From an uncultured Erysipelotrichaceae bacterium (GTDB taxonomy: Bacteria; Bacillota_I; Bacilli_A; Erysipelotrichales; Erysipelotrichaceae): a DNA stretch of 64,000 nucleotides. How positions within the stretch are numbered: the first letter of the stretch is position 1; the number at the start of each line of letters is the position of its first letter. This document shows positions 20,618 through 30,170 of the stretch, piece after piece. Location of the stretch: the NCBI GenBank assembly GCA_964369955.1, contig CAYJFQ010000006.1, positions 2,763-66,762 on the forward strand. Reading direction: 5' to 3'. Both the position numbers and the translations under genes were made by a program. The notes beneath the pieces are model-generated. The model did not search any database. It had not been told where the DNA came from and saw only the letters and a program-made list of their open reading frames with translations.

Positions 20618-21924
20618 TGAGTTTCATAGAACTTAGTTTAAATGCAAGAGGATATTTACTTGCCTTTATGATGTTGAGCTATCTTATTCTTTTAGTATGT
20701 TTTTTATGGAATTTACTGATTAAAAAAAATCTTAGTAGAATCATTGTTTTAGGAATTTTGGTATTTTTAACAATTATTGTGTTGGCAGTTTTGATGGAGT
20801 TAAATAGATATGCTATTGATCCAGCGAAAATGCAATTGTCATTATTAGGAACATATCTCGCAAAGACCCATGTTGCAGTATATGTAGCAATACCATCTGT
20901 CATGACACTTTTTGTAATATTAATTACTGCTTATGTATATAAAGATCATTTTAGTAAATTAGGAAATTTATCTGTAAAAGCAGCTATTGAAAATCTCCCT
21001 ACAGGAATTCTAATTACAACTGAAAAAGATTATTTAGTTCTAAGTAATCAAGTAATTAATAAATTGGCAATCACTTTAACAGGCCACCAAATATATGATA
21101 AAAGTAATTTCTGGGGCGTTATTATTGATAAGGCAGTTGATTATTTACAAGGTCAGAATGAAAATGTGTATAGTGTTTTGATTAATGAAAATGAGATGTG
21201 GCAATTTTCCAGAAGAACAATCACAGTTAGTGGAGAAAATTACATAGAAATTTTGGCAACGAATGTAAGTGATATTCATAAATATAGTGATAGCATTCAT
21301 AAAACAAATATTAAGTTGAAAAAACAACATCATAAGTTAGAAGAGATAAATAAGAATATTGAAAGAAATGTGCTTGAAGAAACAACAGCTAACATCAAAA
21401 CTAGATTTCATGATGATTTAGGAAGTATCTTAACTTTAACTAAGAAAAGTCTGAAAGAAAGTGATAATGAAAAAGATATTGATTTAAGTATTCAGTCATG
21501 GGAAAGATATGCTGATAACATAATAACTTTTATTCAAAGTGAGCGCTCATATCTGAATTCATTAGAAGAACTGATAAAATTTGCAAATCGTTTAGGTTGT
21601 GAATTGAAATTAGAAGGACAATTACCTAATAATCCAGAATCAAGTAGAATTATGGTTCTGGCAATTAGCGAAACTTTAAAGAACGCGGTGATTCATTCGT
21701 CAGCTAAAGAACTCAAAGTCAAACTGCAAGAATGCGATGATTACTATAGGTTAAGCTTAGAAAATGAATTAACCGAAGGTGATAAGTTAATAGTTGAAGG
21801 TGGAGGACTTTCAAATTTACGAAAAAAAGTATCAAGAGTCAATGGATCGATGGAAATAATTAGTGACAAAAATCTGGTTTTAACAATTAAGCTACCTAAA
21901 GAATTAGAAAGTGAAGGAAATTAA
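20617..21924 (+). CDS. Membrane sensor histidine kinase, HisKA_3 (NarX/LiaS-like) type
   Basis: Starts at ATG 20617 (GTG 20614 is the alternative) and overlaps the upstream stop. Three TM helices. H-box RFHDDLGSIL (His codon at 21409-21411), N-box ETLKNAVIHS and G-box EGGGLSNLRKKV. Confidence 0.75.
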   Translation: MSFIELSLNARGYLLAFMMLSYLILLVCFLWNLLIKKNLSRIIVLGILVFLTIIVLAVLMELNRYAIDPAKMQLSLLGTYLAKTHVAVYVAIPSVMTLFVILITAYVYKDHFSKLGNLSVKAAIENLPTGILITTEKDYLVLSNQVINKLAITLTGHQIYDKSNFWGVIIDKAVDYLQGQNENVYSVLINENEMWQFSRRTITVSGENYIEILATNVSDIHKYSDSIHKTNIKLKKQHHKLEEINKNIERNVLEETTANIKTRFHDDLGSILTLTKKSLKESDNEKDIDLSIQSWERYADNIITFIQSERSYLNSLEELIKFANRLGCELKLEGQLPNNPESSRIMVLAISETLKNAVIHSSAKELKVKLQECDDYYRLSLENELTEGDKLIVEGGGLSNLRKKVSRVNGSMEIISDKNLVLTIKLPKELESEGN

Positions 21925-22566
21925 ATGTATAATGTAATAATTGTAGATGACCAAAAAACATCTCAAGATTTTATGAAATATCATGTTGATAGAGGAATTA
22001 ATAAATATACTCTTACAGGAGTCTTTTCTGATGCAGACGATGTTTTATCCGCTAGTTTAAAAGATGTTGATTTAGTATTGTTAGATATATTTACTGGTGA
22101 TAAAGAAAATGGATTAAAGGTTGGTAAATACATCAAAGAAAACTATCCTAACATTAAAATCATAGTTTTAACTTTTTTGGTACAACAAAAACACATTGAT
22201 GAAGCTAAAAAAATAGGATGTGAAGGTTTTTGGTACAAGGATTATACTGAGGGTGATTTACTCGAGATTATGGATAAGATTATGGCGGGTGAAAAACACT
22301 ACCCTAATGATGTGCCAATAGTAACTATTGGAATGGCAAAAAGTAGTGATTTTACAAGGCGTGAAATAGAGGTTCTACAACTTAAAGCTGATGGAATGTC
22401 TAATGCGGAAGTTTGTAGCAGAATGAATATTGGGACCAGTACTTTGAATGGCTACATTAGTAGTTTAAAAGAAAAAACAGGCTACGACAGCATGATTAAA
22501 TTATTAGTAGATTTGACTTCGAAAAAGTTTATTATTTCAGATATCAACCAAGAAAAAGAAGAATAA
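21925..22566 (+). CDS. Response regulator, NarL/LuxR family
   Basis: 213 aa. The start abuts the kinase stop. The receiver domain has VDDQ and LVLLDIF. The C-terminus carries a LuxR HTH (TRREIEVLQLKADGMSNAEVCSRMNIGTSTLNGYISSL). Confidence 0.9.
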   Translation: MYNVIIVDDQKTSQDFMKYHVDRGINKYTLTGVFSDADDVLSASLKDVDLVLLDIFTGDKENGLKVGKYIKENYPNIKIIVLTFLVQQKHIDEAKKIGCEGFWYKDYTEGDLLEIMDKIMAGEKHYPNDVPIVTIGMAKSSDFTRREIEVLQLKADGMSNAEVCSRMNIGTSTLNGYISSLKEKTGYDSMIKLLVDLTSKKFIISDINQEKEE

Positions 22567-22710
22567 GCAGTAATTGAAAGGGAATCAATAATATCAATTT
22601 TTATAAGTTTGGATTGCATCAAATCTTACAACCAATCACTGTGAAGTAGAAAACTATATAAAGTAGTTAATAATTGTTTCAAGAGTTAATTATTTCCTAA
22701 GAAATAATAC

Positions 22711-22741
22711 AAAAAAAGTATGACATTAGGTCATACTTTTT
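22711..22741. terminator. Bidirectional intrinsic terminator
   Basis: AAAAGTATGAC / GTCATACTTTT stem flanked by an A-run and a T-run. It sits between convergent genes. Confidence 0.75.
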
Positions 22742-22746
22742 AAATG

Positions 22747-23064
22747 CTAGTAACTAGGAAAATTTTCTATAATTGTATTTTTAACTTTCCACTTTTCTAA
22801 GGCAATAAATAACCAGAATGAATAGATGCCAAGAGTGATAATACACAAAAATAGCCATTTAATCCATTGACCAAACAATCCAATTGGGGAACCAATAAAC
22901 TTTAATCTATAGCCATTAATTACAGTGTGGTTTATTTTCCATCCATATTGTAGGCACAAAGCCCATGGGAAAGCTAATCCGAATGTAAGAATAGTAATTA
23001 AACCTCCAATAATAGTAAGCCCAATATACTCCAATAATCCTCCGTCAAAATATGAATCTCTCAT
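22747..23064 (-). CDS. Small membrane protein, DUF898/YjgN-like
   Basis: 105 aa. SYFDGGLLEYIG, ITILTFGLAFPW, NGYRLKFIG and ITLGIYSFW resemble the DUF898 repeat. Confidence 0.5.
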   Translation of the reverse strand: MRDSYFDGGLLEYIGLTIIGGLITILTFGLAFPWALCLQYGWKINHTVINGYRLKFIGSPIGLFGQWIKWLFLCIITLGIYSFWLFIALEKWKVKNTIIENFPSY

Positions 23065-23074
23065 TTTATTCTCC

Positions 23075-24373
23075 TTATTTAGTTAATTTATAACATTCTT
23101 CATTTTCTTTGACAATATGAGTTTGATAGAATGCTCTAAGTCCATCAATCATATAATCAACATCTTTTACACCAGCAGTTTCAAGGGTTGAATGCATTGC
23201 GATTTGTGCTAAACCGATATCTACAGATAAAATAGATACTTGTGCTGTACTAACATATCCAAGAGTGCCACCACCCAACATATCGCTTCTATTTGTGTAG
23301 TATTGATACGGAACTTTACTATCTTTAATACTATCGATAAATAAAGCAGCGCTTAGGGCATCGCTGGTATAGCTTTGATTCGCATTGTATTTTATGACAA
23401 TCCCTTGATTCATTTTTACATTATTTGTACTATCTGATTTTTCTGGATGGTTTGGATGAATTGCATGTGCATTATCTGCAGACACCATCATTGAAGATGC
23501 TAGAGCATTATTTAAGTCAAATTCTAAATCGTTAGATATCTTATCAAGGATATCATTTAGGAATTTAGAAGCTGCACCTTGTCTTGTGCGACTTCCTACT
23601 TCTTCGTTATCGAAACAAGCATAAACATTAATATTATCTTTATGGAAAGTGTTGGTGAAAGCTTCTAACGAAGTAAATCCGCACTCTAAATTATCTAAGT
23701 GATAAGAACTAATATAATCTCCCCAAACATATCCATTAATCACCGGATATAAATAAAGATCAAAACTAATAATTGCTTGGTTATCAATATTTAAATATTG
23801 TGATAGAAATTTTTTGAAGTCAAAATCTTGATCACCATTGATCAGTGGCAACATATCTATTTGTTGATTTAAAGACTTAGCTTCTTCGCCTCTTGTTAAG
23901 TGTGGCGCAACATTAGGAATTATCATTAAATTCTCTTCAATGTTTAATAATCTAGAAACAACTTTGTCACCTTCCTTAAGAATTACCCTACCAGCTAATG
24001 ACAAAGGCTTATCTAACCAAGTGTGTTTAATAACTCCGCCATAAGCTTCAGTATTCAACTTAATATAATTTTTATCTTTAATAACTGCGTTAGGTTTTAC
24101 CTTATAACTAGGACAATCAGAATGACTTGCAACAATATTAAAGCTAGGACTTTCTAAACTATCTCCAATATTGAAGGCGATAATACTTGTTTGATTTCTT
24201 GTAACAAAGTACTTTTTACCTTTCTCAAATTTAACATTACTTGATTCATTGAACTCAAGATATCCATTGTCTTGCAACTCTTTAACAATATTCTCAATCG
24301 CTTGAAAACTTGTAGGACTTTTTCTAATAAACTCTAACATCTTATTTACATTATTATTCATTTTTACCACCAT
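23075..24373 (-). CDS. M18-family aminopeptidase
   Basis: 432 aa (an alternative ATG lies 12 nt downstream). ASHSDCPSYKVKP, CFDNEEVGS and SADNAHAIHPN motifs are typical of M18 (aspartyl) aminopeptidases. Confidence 0.85.
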   Translation of the reverse strand: MVVKMNNNVNKMLEFIRKSPTSFQAIENIVKELQDNGYLEFNESSNVKFEKGKKYFVTRNQTSIIAFNIGDSLESPSFNIVASHSDCPSYKVKPNAVIKDKNYIKLNTEAYGGVIKHTWLDKPLSLAGRVILKEGDKVVSRLLNIEENLMIIPNVAPHLTRGEEAKSLNQQIDMLPLINGDQDFDFKKFLSQYLNIDNQAIISFDLYLYPVINGYVWGDYISSYHLDNLECGFTSLEAFTNTFHKDNINVYACFDNEEVGSRTRQGAASKFLNDILDKISNDLEFDLNNALASSMMVSADNAHAIHPNHPEKSDSTNNVKMNQGIVIKYNANQSYTSDALSAALFIDSIKDSKVPYQYYTNRSDMLGGGTLGYVSTAQVSILSVDIGLAQIAMHSTLETAGVKDVDYMIDGLRAFYQTHIVKENEECYKLTK

Positions 24374-24546
24374 ATTCTTATCAATTATTTTACCATAAGA
24401 TATAATATTTTTCTAAATATCTTTATTTTGAAGCAATAGCTAATACTTAAAGTAATTTAAATCAAAAAATCATAACAAGTTAAGATAGACCATAAGTTTA
24501 ATGGTTATATTTAAATTTGTGAATTAAATTTGCTATACTTATTAAG

Positions 24547-25716
24547 ATGATAGATAAATTAATAAAGACATTTATAAAAAATAGTGAAGATATCAATAAC
24601 TCAAAAGTTAGAGAAAGTTATGGGTTTTTTAGTGGTTGCATTGGTATTTTTATTAATATCTTTCTGGCGATGGGCAAAATAATATTAGGACTAATATCTG
24701 GTAGTATTTCTATTTTGGCTGATGGTATGAATAATATCTCGGATATTGGTAGTTCATTAGTTACCTTGATTGGATTCAAACTATCGGGCATTCCTGCTGA
24801 TAAAGAACATCCTTATGGTCATGCAAGAATCGAGTACATTTCAGGATTAATTGTATCTTTCTTGATTATGATATTAGGATTTAACTTGGCCGTAGAATCT
24901 ATTGGAAAGATTCTAGAACCAGAAACATTGGTGATCAATAGTGCGGTTGTATTGATGCTAGTGGTAGCTGTGATTATGAAGGTATTTTTGTATCATTTAT
25001 ATTATAAAATCGCAAAACGCATTTCTTCAGTAGCATTGATGGCGACTGCTAAAGATAGTATAAATGATGTTATTAGCACTAGTGGAGTATTGTTATCGTT
25101 AGCTATTAATCATTTCTTTAAAATAAATTTAGATGGTGCAATGGGTTTGGTTATAGCTGCTATGATTGTAATCTCAGGTGTAGGTATCCTAAAAGATATC
25201 TTAAATCCTTTATTGGGCGAAAGTGCTTCTGAGGAATTAATAGATACGATTGATAAGAAGTTAAATAGTTATGATGGAGTTATCGAATATCACGATTTGT
25301 TAGTTCATAGTTATGGACCTAATAAATGTTTTGCGACTGTTTATATTGAGGTTGATGCAAGTGTCGACATTATGAAAAGCCACGCAATTATCGAAGGAAT
25401 AGAAAAAGATTTTGATGAAGAACTAGGAATAAATTTGGTAATTCATTTAGAGCCAGTAATCATTAATGATCAAAGCGATTTAGTAAGGGATGACTTATTG
25501 AGAATTTTAAAAGAACTACCTATTGAATGTCAGTTATCTAGCTTAAGAGTTACTGAAGCTTTAACACACTTCAATATTGTAATGATTGTTGAGGTTTTAG
25601 AAAGACATCACAATAAACATAGTTTTATTATTGAAAAAATAAGTGAAGAGTTAAAAAATATCAATTCTAAGTACTACTCATCCATTGAGATAGAGTACCT
25701 TAGTGATTTTAAATAA
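24547..25716 (+). CDS. Cation diffusion facilitator (CDF) family metal efflux transporter
   Basis: 389 aa. SILADGMNNISD and HPYGHARIE motifs, six TM helices and a C-terminal cytoplasmic domain. Confidence 0.85.
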   Translation: MIDKLIKTFIKNSEDINNSKVRESYGFFSGCIGIFINIFLAMGKIILGLISGSISILADGMNNISDIGSSLVTLIGFKLSGIPADKEHPYGHARIEYISGLIVSFLIMILGFNLAVESIGKILEPETLVINSAVVLMLVVAVIMKVFLYHLYYKIAKRISSVALMATAKDSINDVISTSGVLLSLAINHFFKINLDGAMGLVIAAMIVISGVGILKDILNPLLGESASEELIDTIDKKLNSYDGVIEYHDLLVHSYGPNKCFATVYIEVDASVDIMKSHAIIEGIEKDFDEELGINLVIHLEPVIINDQSDLVRDDLLRILKELPIECQLSSLRVTEALTHFNIVMIVEVLERHHNKHSFIIEKISEELKNINSKYYSSIEIEYLSDFK

Positions 25717-26516
25717 TGGTGAATATGAAAAAGTTAAAATGTCCAAATTGTGAGTTGTCTTTGAATAAATTTGAGAATAGTTATAAATGTGCGAAAGGAC
25801 ATTGTTTCGATGTAGCTAAACAAGGCTATTTAAACTTGTATCTAAATAAAGGTTTAGTTCACGGTGACGATAAGTTAATGGTTAATGCCCGCAACAACTT
25901 TTTAAATGAAGGATATTATTTAAAGTTTAGAGATCAGTTAACAAAAGTCTTAAAAAAATATAGTAGTAATGAATCTTATATTTTAGATAGTGGTTGCGGA
26001 GAAGGTTATTACACTAATCACTTTTCTCATGGTTTAGATGTTGTTGGTTTGGACCTATCTAAGAATGCAATTATTAAGGCTTGTAAGAATAGTGATAATG
26101 TAGATTATATAGTAGGTAGCTGTTATTATTTACCTTTTGAAGATCAAACTTTTGAGGTGGTGGTGTCAATATTTTCGCCTCTAGCTGATAGTGAATATTT
26201 AAGAGTGTTAAAGAGCGAAGGAAAGTTAATTGTTGGAGTTCCATTGGCGGATCATCTATGGGAGTTGAAAGAGTTAATTTATGATAATCCTTATAAGAAT
26301 GATGACACTAGAATAGAGATACCCGGCTTTAAAGAAATAGATTACTTTGAAGTAAAAGATAAAATCCTAATTAAAAACAATCAATTAATAAATGATTTGT
26401 TTTCAATGACGCCTTATTACTATAAAACTTCACTAAAAGATAAAGAAAAATTAGTAGGTGTCAAAGAACTAGAAGTAAACATACAATTTGGAATAGTTGT
26501 CTATCAAAAATTATAA
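25716..26516 (+). CDS. rlmA: 23S rRNA (guanine-N1)-methyltransferase RlmA
   Basis: 266 aa. N-terminal zinc ribbon CPNC...YKCAKGHCFDVAKQGYLNL followed by the SAM motif LDSGCGEGYYT. This matches the RrmA/RlmA layout. Confidence 0.8.
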   Translation: MVNMKKLKCPNCELSLNKFENSYKCAKGHCFDVAKQGYLNLYLNKGLVHGDDKLMVNARNNFLNEGYYLKFRDQLTKVLKKYSSNESYILDSGCGEGYYTNHFSHGLDVVGLDLSKNAIIKACKNSDNVDYIVGSCYYLPFEDQTFEVVVSIFSPLADSEYLRVLKSEGKLIVGVPLADHLWELKELIYDNPYKNDDTRIEIPGFKEIDYFEVKDKILIKNNQLINDLFSMTPYYYKTSLKDKEKLVGVKELEVNIQFGIVVYQKL

Positions 26517-26521
26517 AAGTG

Positions 26522-26550
26522 TTGAAAATAAAGGGAATAATCCTTATAAT
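26522..26550 (+). promoter_or_regulatory. Sigma-A type promoter for the riboswitch and ATPase transcript
   Basis: TTGAAA (26522-27), a 17-nt spacer and TATAAT (26545-50). Confidence 0.6.
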
Positions 26551-26573
26551 TATATAGTCATTAAATAGTAGAA

Positions 26574-26733
26574 TAAATAGGTATGAGGGAGTAGTCACAC
26601 ACTGGTGTCTATTGGTCAACAACACGATTATTAATTAATCTGGCCAATAGTTAAAGACAAGACTTGTAGCAAGCAGTTAATACTGCTAAAAGTTTGTCAA
26701 TAGCTGCTTAGATAATTAAAAAGAGACTATTGA
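26574..26733 (+). promoter_or_regulatory. Candidate yybP-ykoY (Mn2+) riboswitch in the 5' leader of the P-type ATPase gene
   Basis: GGGAGTAG at 26587-94, TTTGTCAATAG at 26693-703 and AAGAGAC at 26721-27 resemble the conserved L1/L3 blocks. The closing helix is AATAG (26576-80) / CTATT (26727-31). Internal hairpins: ATTGGTCA/TGGCCAAT and AGCAGT/ACTGCT. It is longer than typical members and has not been folded. Confidence 0.5.
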
Positions 26734-26769
26734 TTAGTTTATTTTTTATTTTAAAGAGATGGAGGAAAT

Positions 26770-29343
26770 ATGAACAAAGAGTATTTACAAAGTAAAGAAG
26801 AAGTTCTAAAACAGCACAAAAGTAGTTTAGAAGGCCTTAGTTCAAAAGCAGCAGCAGAGCTGTTGGAGAAAAATGGCTTTAATAAGTTAGAAGAAGGAAA
26901 AAAGAAAACCCTAATTCAAAAATGCCTTGATCAAATTAAAGATCCAATGATTATTGTTCTAATTGTAGCAGGATTAGTATCAGGCATATTTGGTGAAGTG
27001 GTAGATATGGCAATTATTTTGATTGTTGTTATCTTAAATGGTATCCTAGGTATTTTCCAAGAAGGTAAAGCGGAAAAAGCCATTGAATCTTTGCAAAATA
27101 TGTCAGCTCCAACTAGCAAGGTAAGAAGAGATGGAAAAATCTTAGTAATCCCTTCTAAAGAGATTGTAATTGGAGATATTGTTATCTTAGAAGCTGGGGA
27201 CTCAATTCCAGCTGATATCAGATTATTGTCTTCAGCAAGTATGAAAGTGGAAGAAGCAGCTTTAACAGGGGAGAGTGTACCTGTTGACAAACAAGTTGAG
27301 GCTTTAAAAGATACTAATAGTGAAGTTCCTTTAGGGGATCGTACTAATATGGCCTATTTAGGAACAAATGTAACCTATGGTCGTGGTGAAGGCGTTGTTG
27401 TTGGTACGGCCATGAATACTGAAATGGGTAAAATTGCAAATATCTTAACGGAATCTAAAGAAGAAAAAACTCCTTTGCAAAAACGTTTAGCTGACTTAAG
27501 TAAAATCTTATCAGCAGGAGTATTAGGAATCTGTGTATTTATTTTCATCTTTACATTATGGCGTACAAATGATTACTCAAGTGTTAATATCTTTGAATCA
27601 TTATTGATTGCGGTTAGTTTGGCTGTTGCAGCTATTCCAGAAGGACTAGTAGTAGTAGTTACAGTATTGTTATCAATCGGTGTTACAAAGATGAGTACAA
27701 AGAATGCAATCATTAGAAGATTAACAGCTGTTGAGACTCTTGGCTGTACAGAGGTTATTTGTTCAGATAAAACAGGAACATTAACCCAAAATAAGATGAC
27801 TGTTGTTGATAACTATGGTGATCAAAAATTATTAGCTCTAGTATTAAGTAATTGTAATGATACTCAAGTTGACCCTAATGGAAAACTAATTGGAGACCCA
27901 ACAGAAACTGCATTAGTAGACTATGCGAATAAATTAAACATCATAGATAGACCTGAAAGAATTGAAGAAGCACCATTTGACTCAGATCGTAAAATGATGT
28001 CTACAATTCACAATGTTGGAAAAACAATAACTCAATACACAAAAGGTGCACCAGACGAAGTACTAAAGAAATGTACAAGTGCATTAATCGATGGAAAAAT
28101 AGTTAAAATTACTGACAAAGTTAAAAATGAAATCATTCAAGCTAATAAATCAATGGCAGATAAAGCATTAAGAGTTTTAGCTGGCGCTTATAAGGAATAT
28201 AGTAAACTTCCTGCCGACAACACTCCAAGCACTTTAGAAAAAGATCTAATATTTGTAGGACTTGTAGGAATGATTGACCCAATAAGACCTGAGGTTAAGC
28301 TTGCTATTGAAGAATGCAAAACTGCAGGAATTCGTGCGGTTATGATTACAGGTGATCACAAAGATACAGCGATTGCAATTGCAAAAGACTTAGGAATTTT
28401 AACAGATGTAAATCAAGCAATCACAGGAGCTGAATTATCAGAACTTAGTGATGAAGAATTTGAAAAAAGAATTCATAATTTAGTAGTATATGCTAGAGTT
28501 CAACCAGAACACAAAGTCCGTATTGTTAAAATGTGGAGAAAAATTGGTAAAATTACAGCTATGACTGGTGACGGAGTAAATGATGCGCCTGCTTTAAAAT
28601 CTGCAGATATTGGCGTTGGAATGGGGATAACGGGCACTGATGTTACTAAAAATGTTTCAGATATGGTATTGGCTGATGACAACTTTGCATCTATTGTTTA
28701 CGCAGTAGAAGAAGGCAGAAGAATTTATGAAAATATTCGAAAAGCTATTCAATTCTTATTAGCTTCTAACTTATCTGAAGTTATCTCAATCTTTATAGCT
28801 ACAATATTAGGATGGAAATTATTTGCACCTATTCACATTTTATGGATTAACTTAGTTACAGATACTTTCCCAGCAATGGCATTAGGTATGGAAGAAGCTG
28901 AAGAAGATATAATGGAAGAAAAGCCACGTAGCCCTAAAGAAAGCATTTTTGCAGACGGTTTAGGAATTGCGGTCATTTGGCAAGGTATTGTAGTAGGTAT
29001 TCTAACACTAATTAGCTTCAGCATTGGCTTCCAAGTTGATGGAATTACAGGTATGACAATGGCTTTCTTTACATTGTCAATGTGTGAGATCTTCCATTCA
29101 ATAAATTTAAGATCAAGAACTAAATCAATCTTTAAAATGCATACACATAATCGTTATTTAACTGTTGCAATGCTTGTAAGTTTTGTTTTAACACTAATTG
29201 TTATTTATACTCCTGGAATTAATACTGCATTTCAATTAACGCCATTATCAATTGAAATGTTAGCAATAGCAATCGTTATTTCAGTTTCAATCATTCCAAT
29301 TGTAGAAATTGTTAAGGCTATTCAAAGAAAAATTAATGGTTAA
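26770..29343 (+). CDS. Cation-transporting P-type ATPase (Ca2+/Mn2+, SERCA/PMCA-like, type IIA)
   Basis: 857 aa with SD GGAGG. Contains the TGES, CSDKTGTLT and TGDGVNDAPALK motifs and ten TM segments. Confidence 0.9.
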   Translation: MNKEYLQSKEEVLKQHKSSLEGLSSKAAAELLEKNGFNKLEEGKKKTLIQKCLDQIKDPMIIVLIVAGLVSGIFGEVVDMAIILIVVILNGILGIFQEGKAEKAIESLQNMSAPTSKVRRDGKILVIPSKEIVIGDIVILEAGDSIPADIRLLSSASMKVEEAALTGESVPVDKQVEALKDTNSEVPLGDRTNMAYLGTNVTYGRGEGVVVGTAMNTEMGKIANILTESKEEKTPLQKRLADLSKILSAGVLGICVFIFIFTLWRTNDYSSVNIFESLLIAVSLAVAAIPEGLVVVVTVLLSIGVTKMSTKNAIIRRLTAVETLGCTEVICSDKTGTLTQNKMTVVDNYGDQKLLALVLSNCNDTQVDPNGKLIGDPTETALVDYANKLNIIDRPERIEEAPFDSDRKMMSTIHNVGKTITQYTKGAPDEVLKKCTSALIDGKIVKITDKVKNEIIQANKSMADKALRVLAGAYKEYSKLPADNTPSTLEKDLIFVGLVGMIDPIRPEVKLAIEECKTAGIRAVMITGDHKDTAIAIAKDLGILTDVNQAITGAELSELSDEEFEKRIHNLVVYARVQPEHKVRIVKMWRKIGKITAMTGDGVNDAPALKSADIGVGMGITGTDVTKNVSDMVLADDNFASIVYAVEEGRRIYENIRKAIQFLLASNLSEVISIFIATILGWKLFAPIHILWINLVTDTFPAMALGMEEAEEDIMEEKPRSPKESIFADGLGIAVIWQGIVVGILTLISFSIGFQVDGITGMTMAFFTLSMCEIFHSINLRSRTKSIFKMHTHNRYLTVAMLVSFVLTLIVIYTPGINTAFQLTPLSIEMLAIAIVISVSIIPIVEIVKAIQRKING

Positions 29344-29911
29344 TAGCAAGATTACAAAAACAGGATTATTAATTGCGATTATTATATTACTTGCATTTAC
29401 TCCCCTCGGATATTTAAAGTTAGGAATTATAGAAATAACTTTAATCACTATCCCGGTTGTGGTAGGCGCGATAATAATGGGTCCTAAAATTGGCGCATTA
29501 CTTGGGTTTATTTTTGGATTAACCAGCTTCATTCAATGCTTTGGAATGAGTCCATTTGGTGCTGTATTATTAGGAATTAATCCTATCTTTACTTTTATCT
29601 TATGCTTAATACCAAGAACATTGATGGGGTACTTAGTAGGGATAATAAGTGAGAATGTATTCAAAGATAAATATTGGCTAAATTGTTTAATTGGAGCATT
29701 GTTAAATACAATTTTATTTACTCTGAGTTTAATACTATTATTTGGAGGAACTCCATTTATCCAAGATTTAATGAGAAGTCTATTTGTTGACAATTTCTTT
29801 AGTTTCGCGATTGCATTTGTCGGTTTAAATGGTTTATTGGAAGCCGGATTTACAAGTGTAGGTGGACATTATGTTATAACAGCGCTTAATAAAAAATTTA
29901 AAAATATTTAA
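29336..29911 (+). CDS. ECF-transporter S component-like membrane protein (PanT/folate-type fold)
   Basis: Track ORF 29309..29911 (TTG). The ATG at 29336 overlaps the ATPase stop by 8 nt. ITLITIPVVVGAIIMGPKIGALLGFIFGLTSF matches the conserved S-component signature. The start codon is uncertain. Confidence 0.55.
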   Translation: MVNSKITKTGLLIAIIILLAFTPLGYLKLGIIEITLITIPVVVGAIIMGPKIGALLGFIFGLTSFIQCFGMSPFGAVLLGINPIFTFILCLIPRTLMGYLVGIISENVFKDKYWLNCLIGALLNTILFTLSLILLFGGTPFIQDLMRSLFVDNFFSFAIAFVGLNGLLEAGFTSVGGHYVITALNKKFKNI

Positions 29912-29942
29912 AAAAATCACACCCTCAAGTGTGATTTTTTTA
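29912..29942 (+). terminator. Intrinsic terminator
   Basis: AAAAATCACAC / GTGTGATTTTT stem followed by a T-run. Confidence 0.8.
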
Positions 29943-30170
29943 AATTCTAAAACAATTATAGTTTTTGTCATATTACAAATAAACATAGAACAGCAAAACA
30001 GCAATCTTTATTAACTAGACAACTTGATAAAATGTAAACAAAGTAGTATTATAAATACATAACAAACAATAAATACAAATATAATATTAACTTTAAAGCA
30101 AAAATATATTTTATTAGATAAATTCATAGAATATTATCCAATAAAATGAATTATATAGGGGAAAAGTTTT

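Noticed and set aside
17323-22746. A classical integrative genomic island inserted at ssrA.
   Set aside because: The segment has no integrase or recombinase gene and no direct repeat of the tmRNA 3' end (..TTCGACTCCCCTCACCTCCACCA). Only composition and gene content look accessory, so I did not call a mobile element.
29309-29335. TTG start at 29309 for the ECF S-component-like gene, as given in the track.
   Set aside because: That start would lie 35 nt inside the ATPase gene with no SD. The ATG at 29336, in an ATGGTTAA overlap with the ATPase stop, gives the expected N-terminus. The start remains uncertain.
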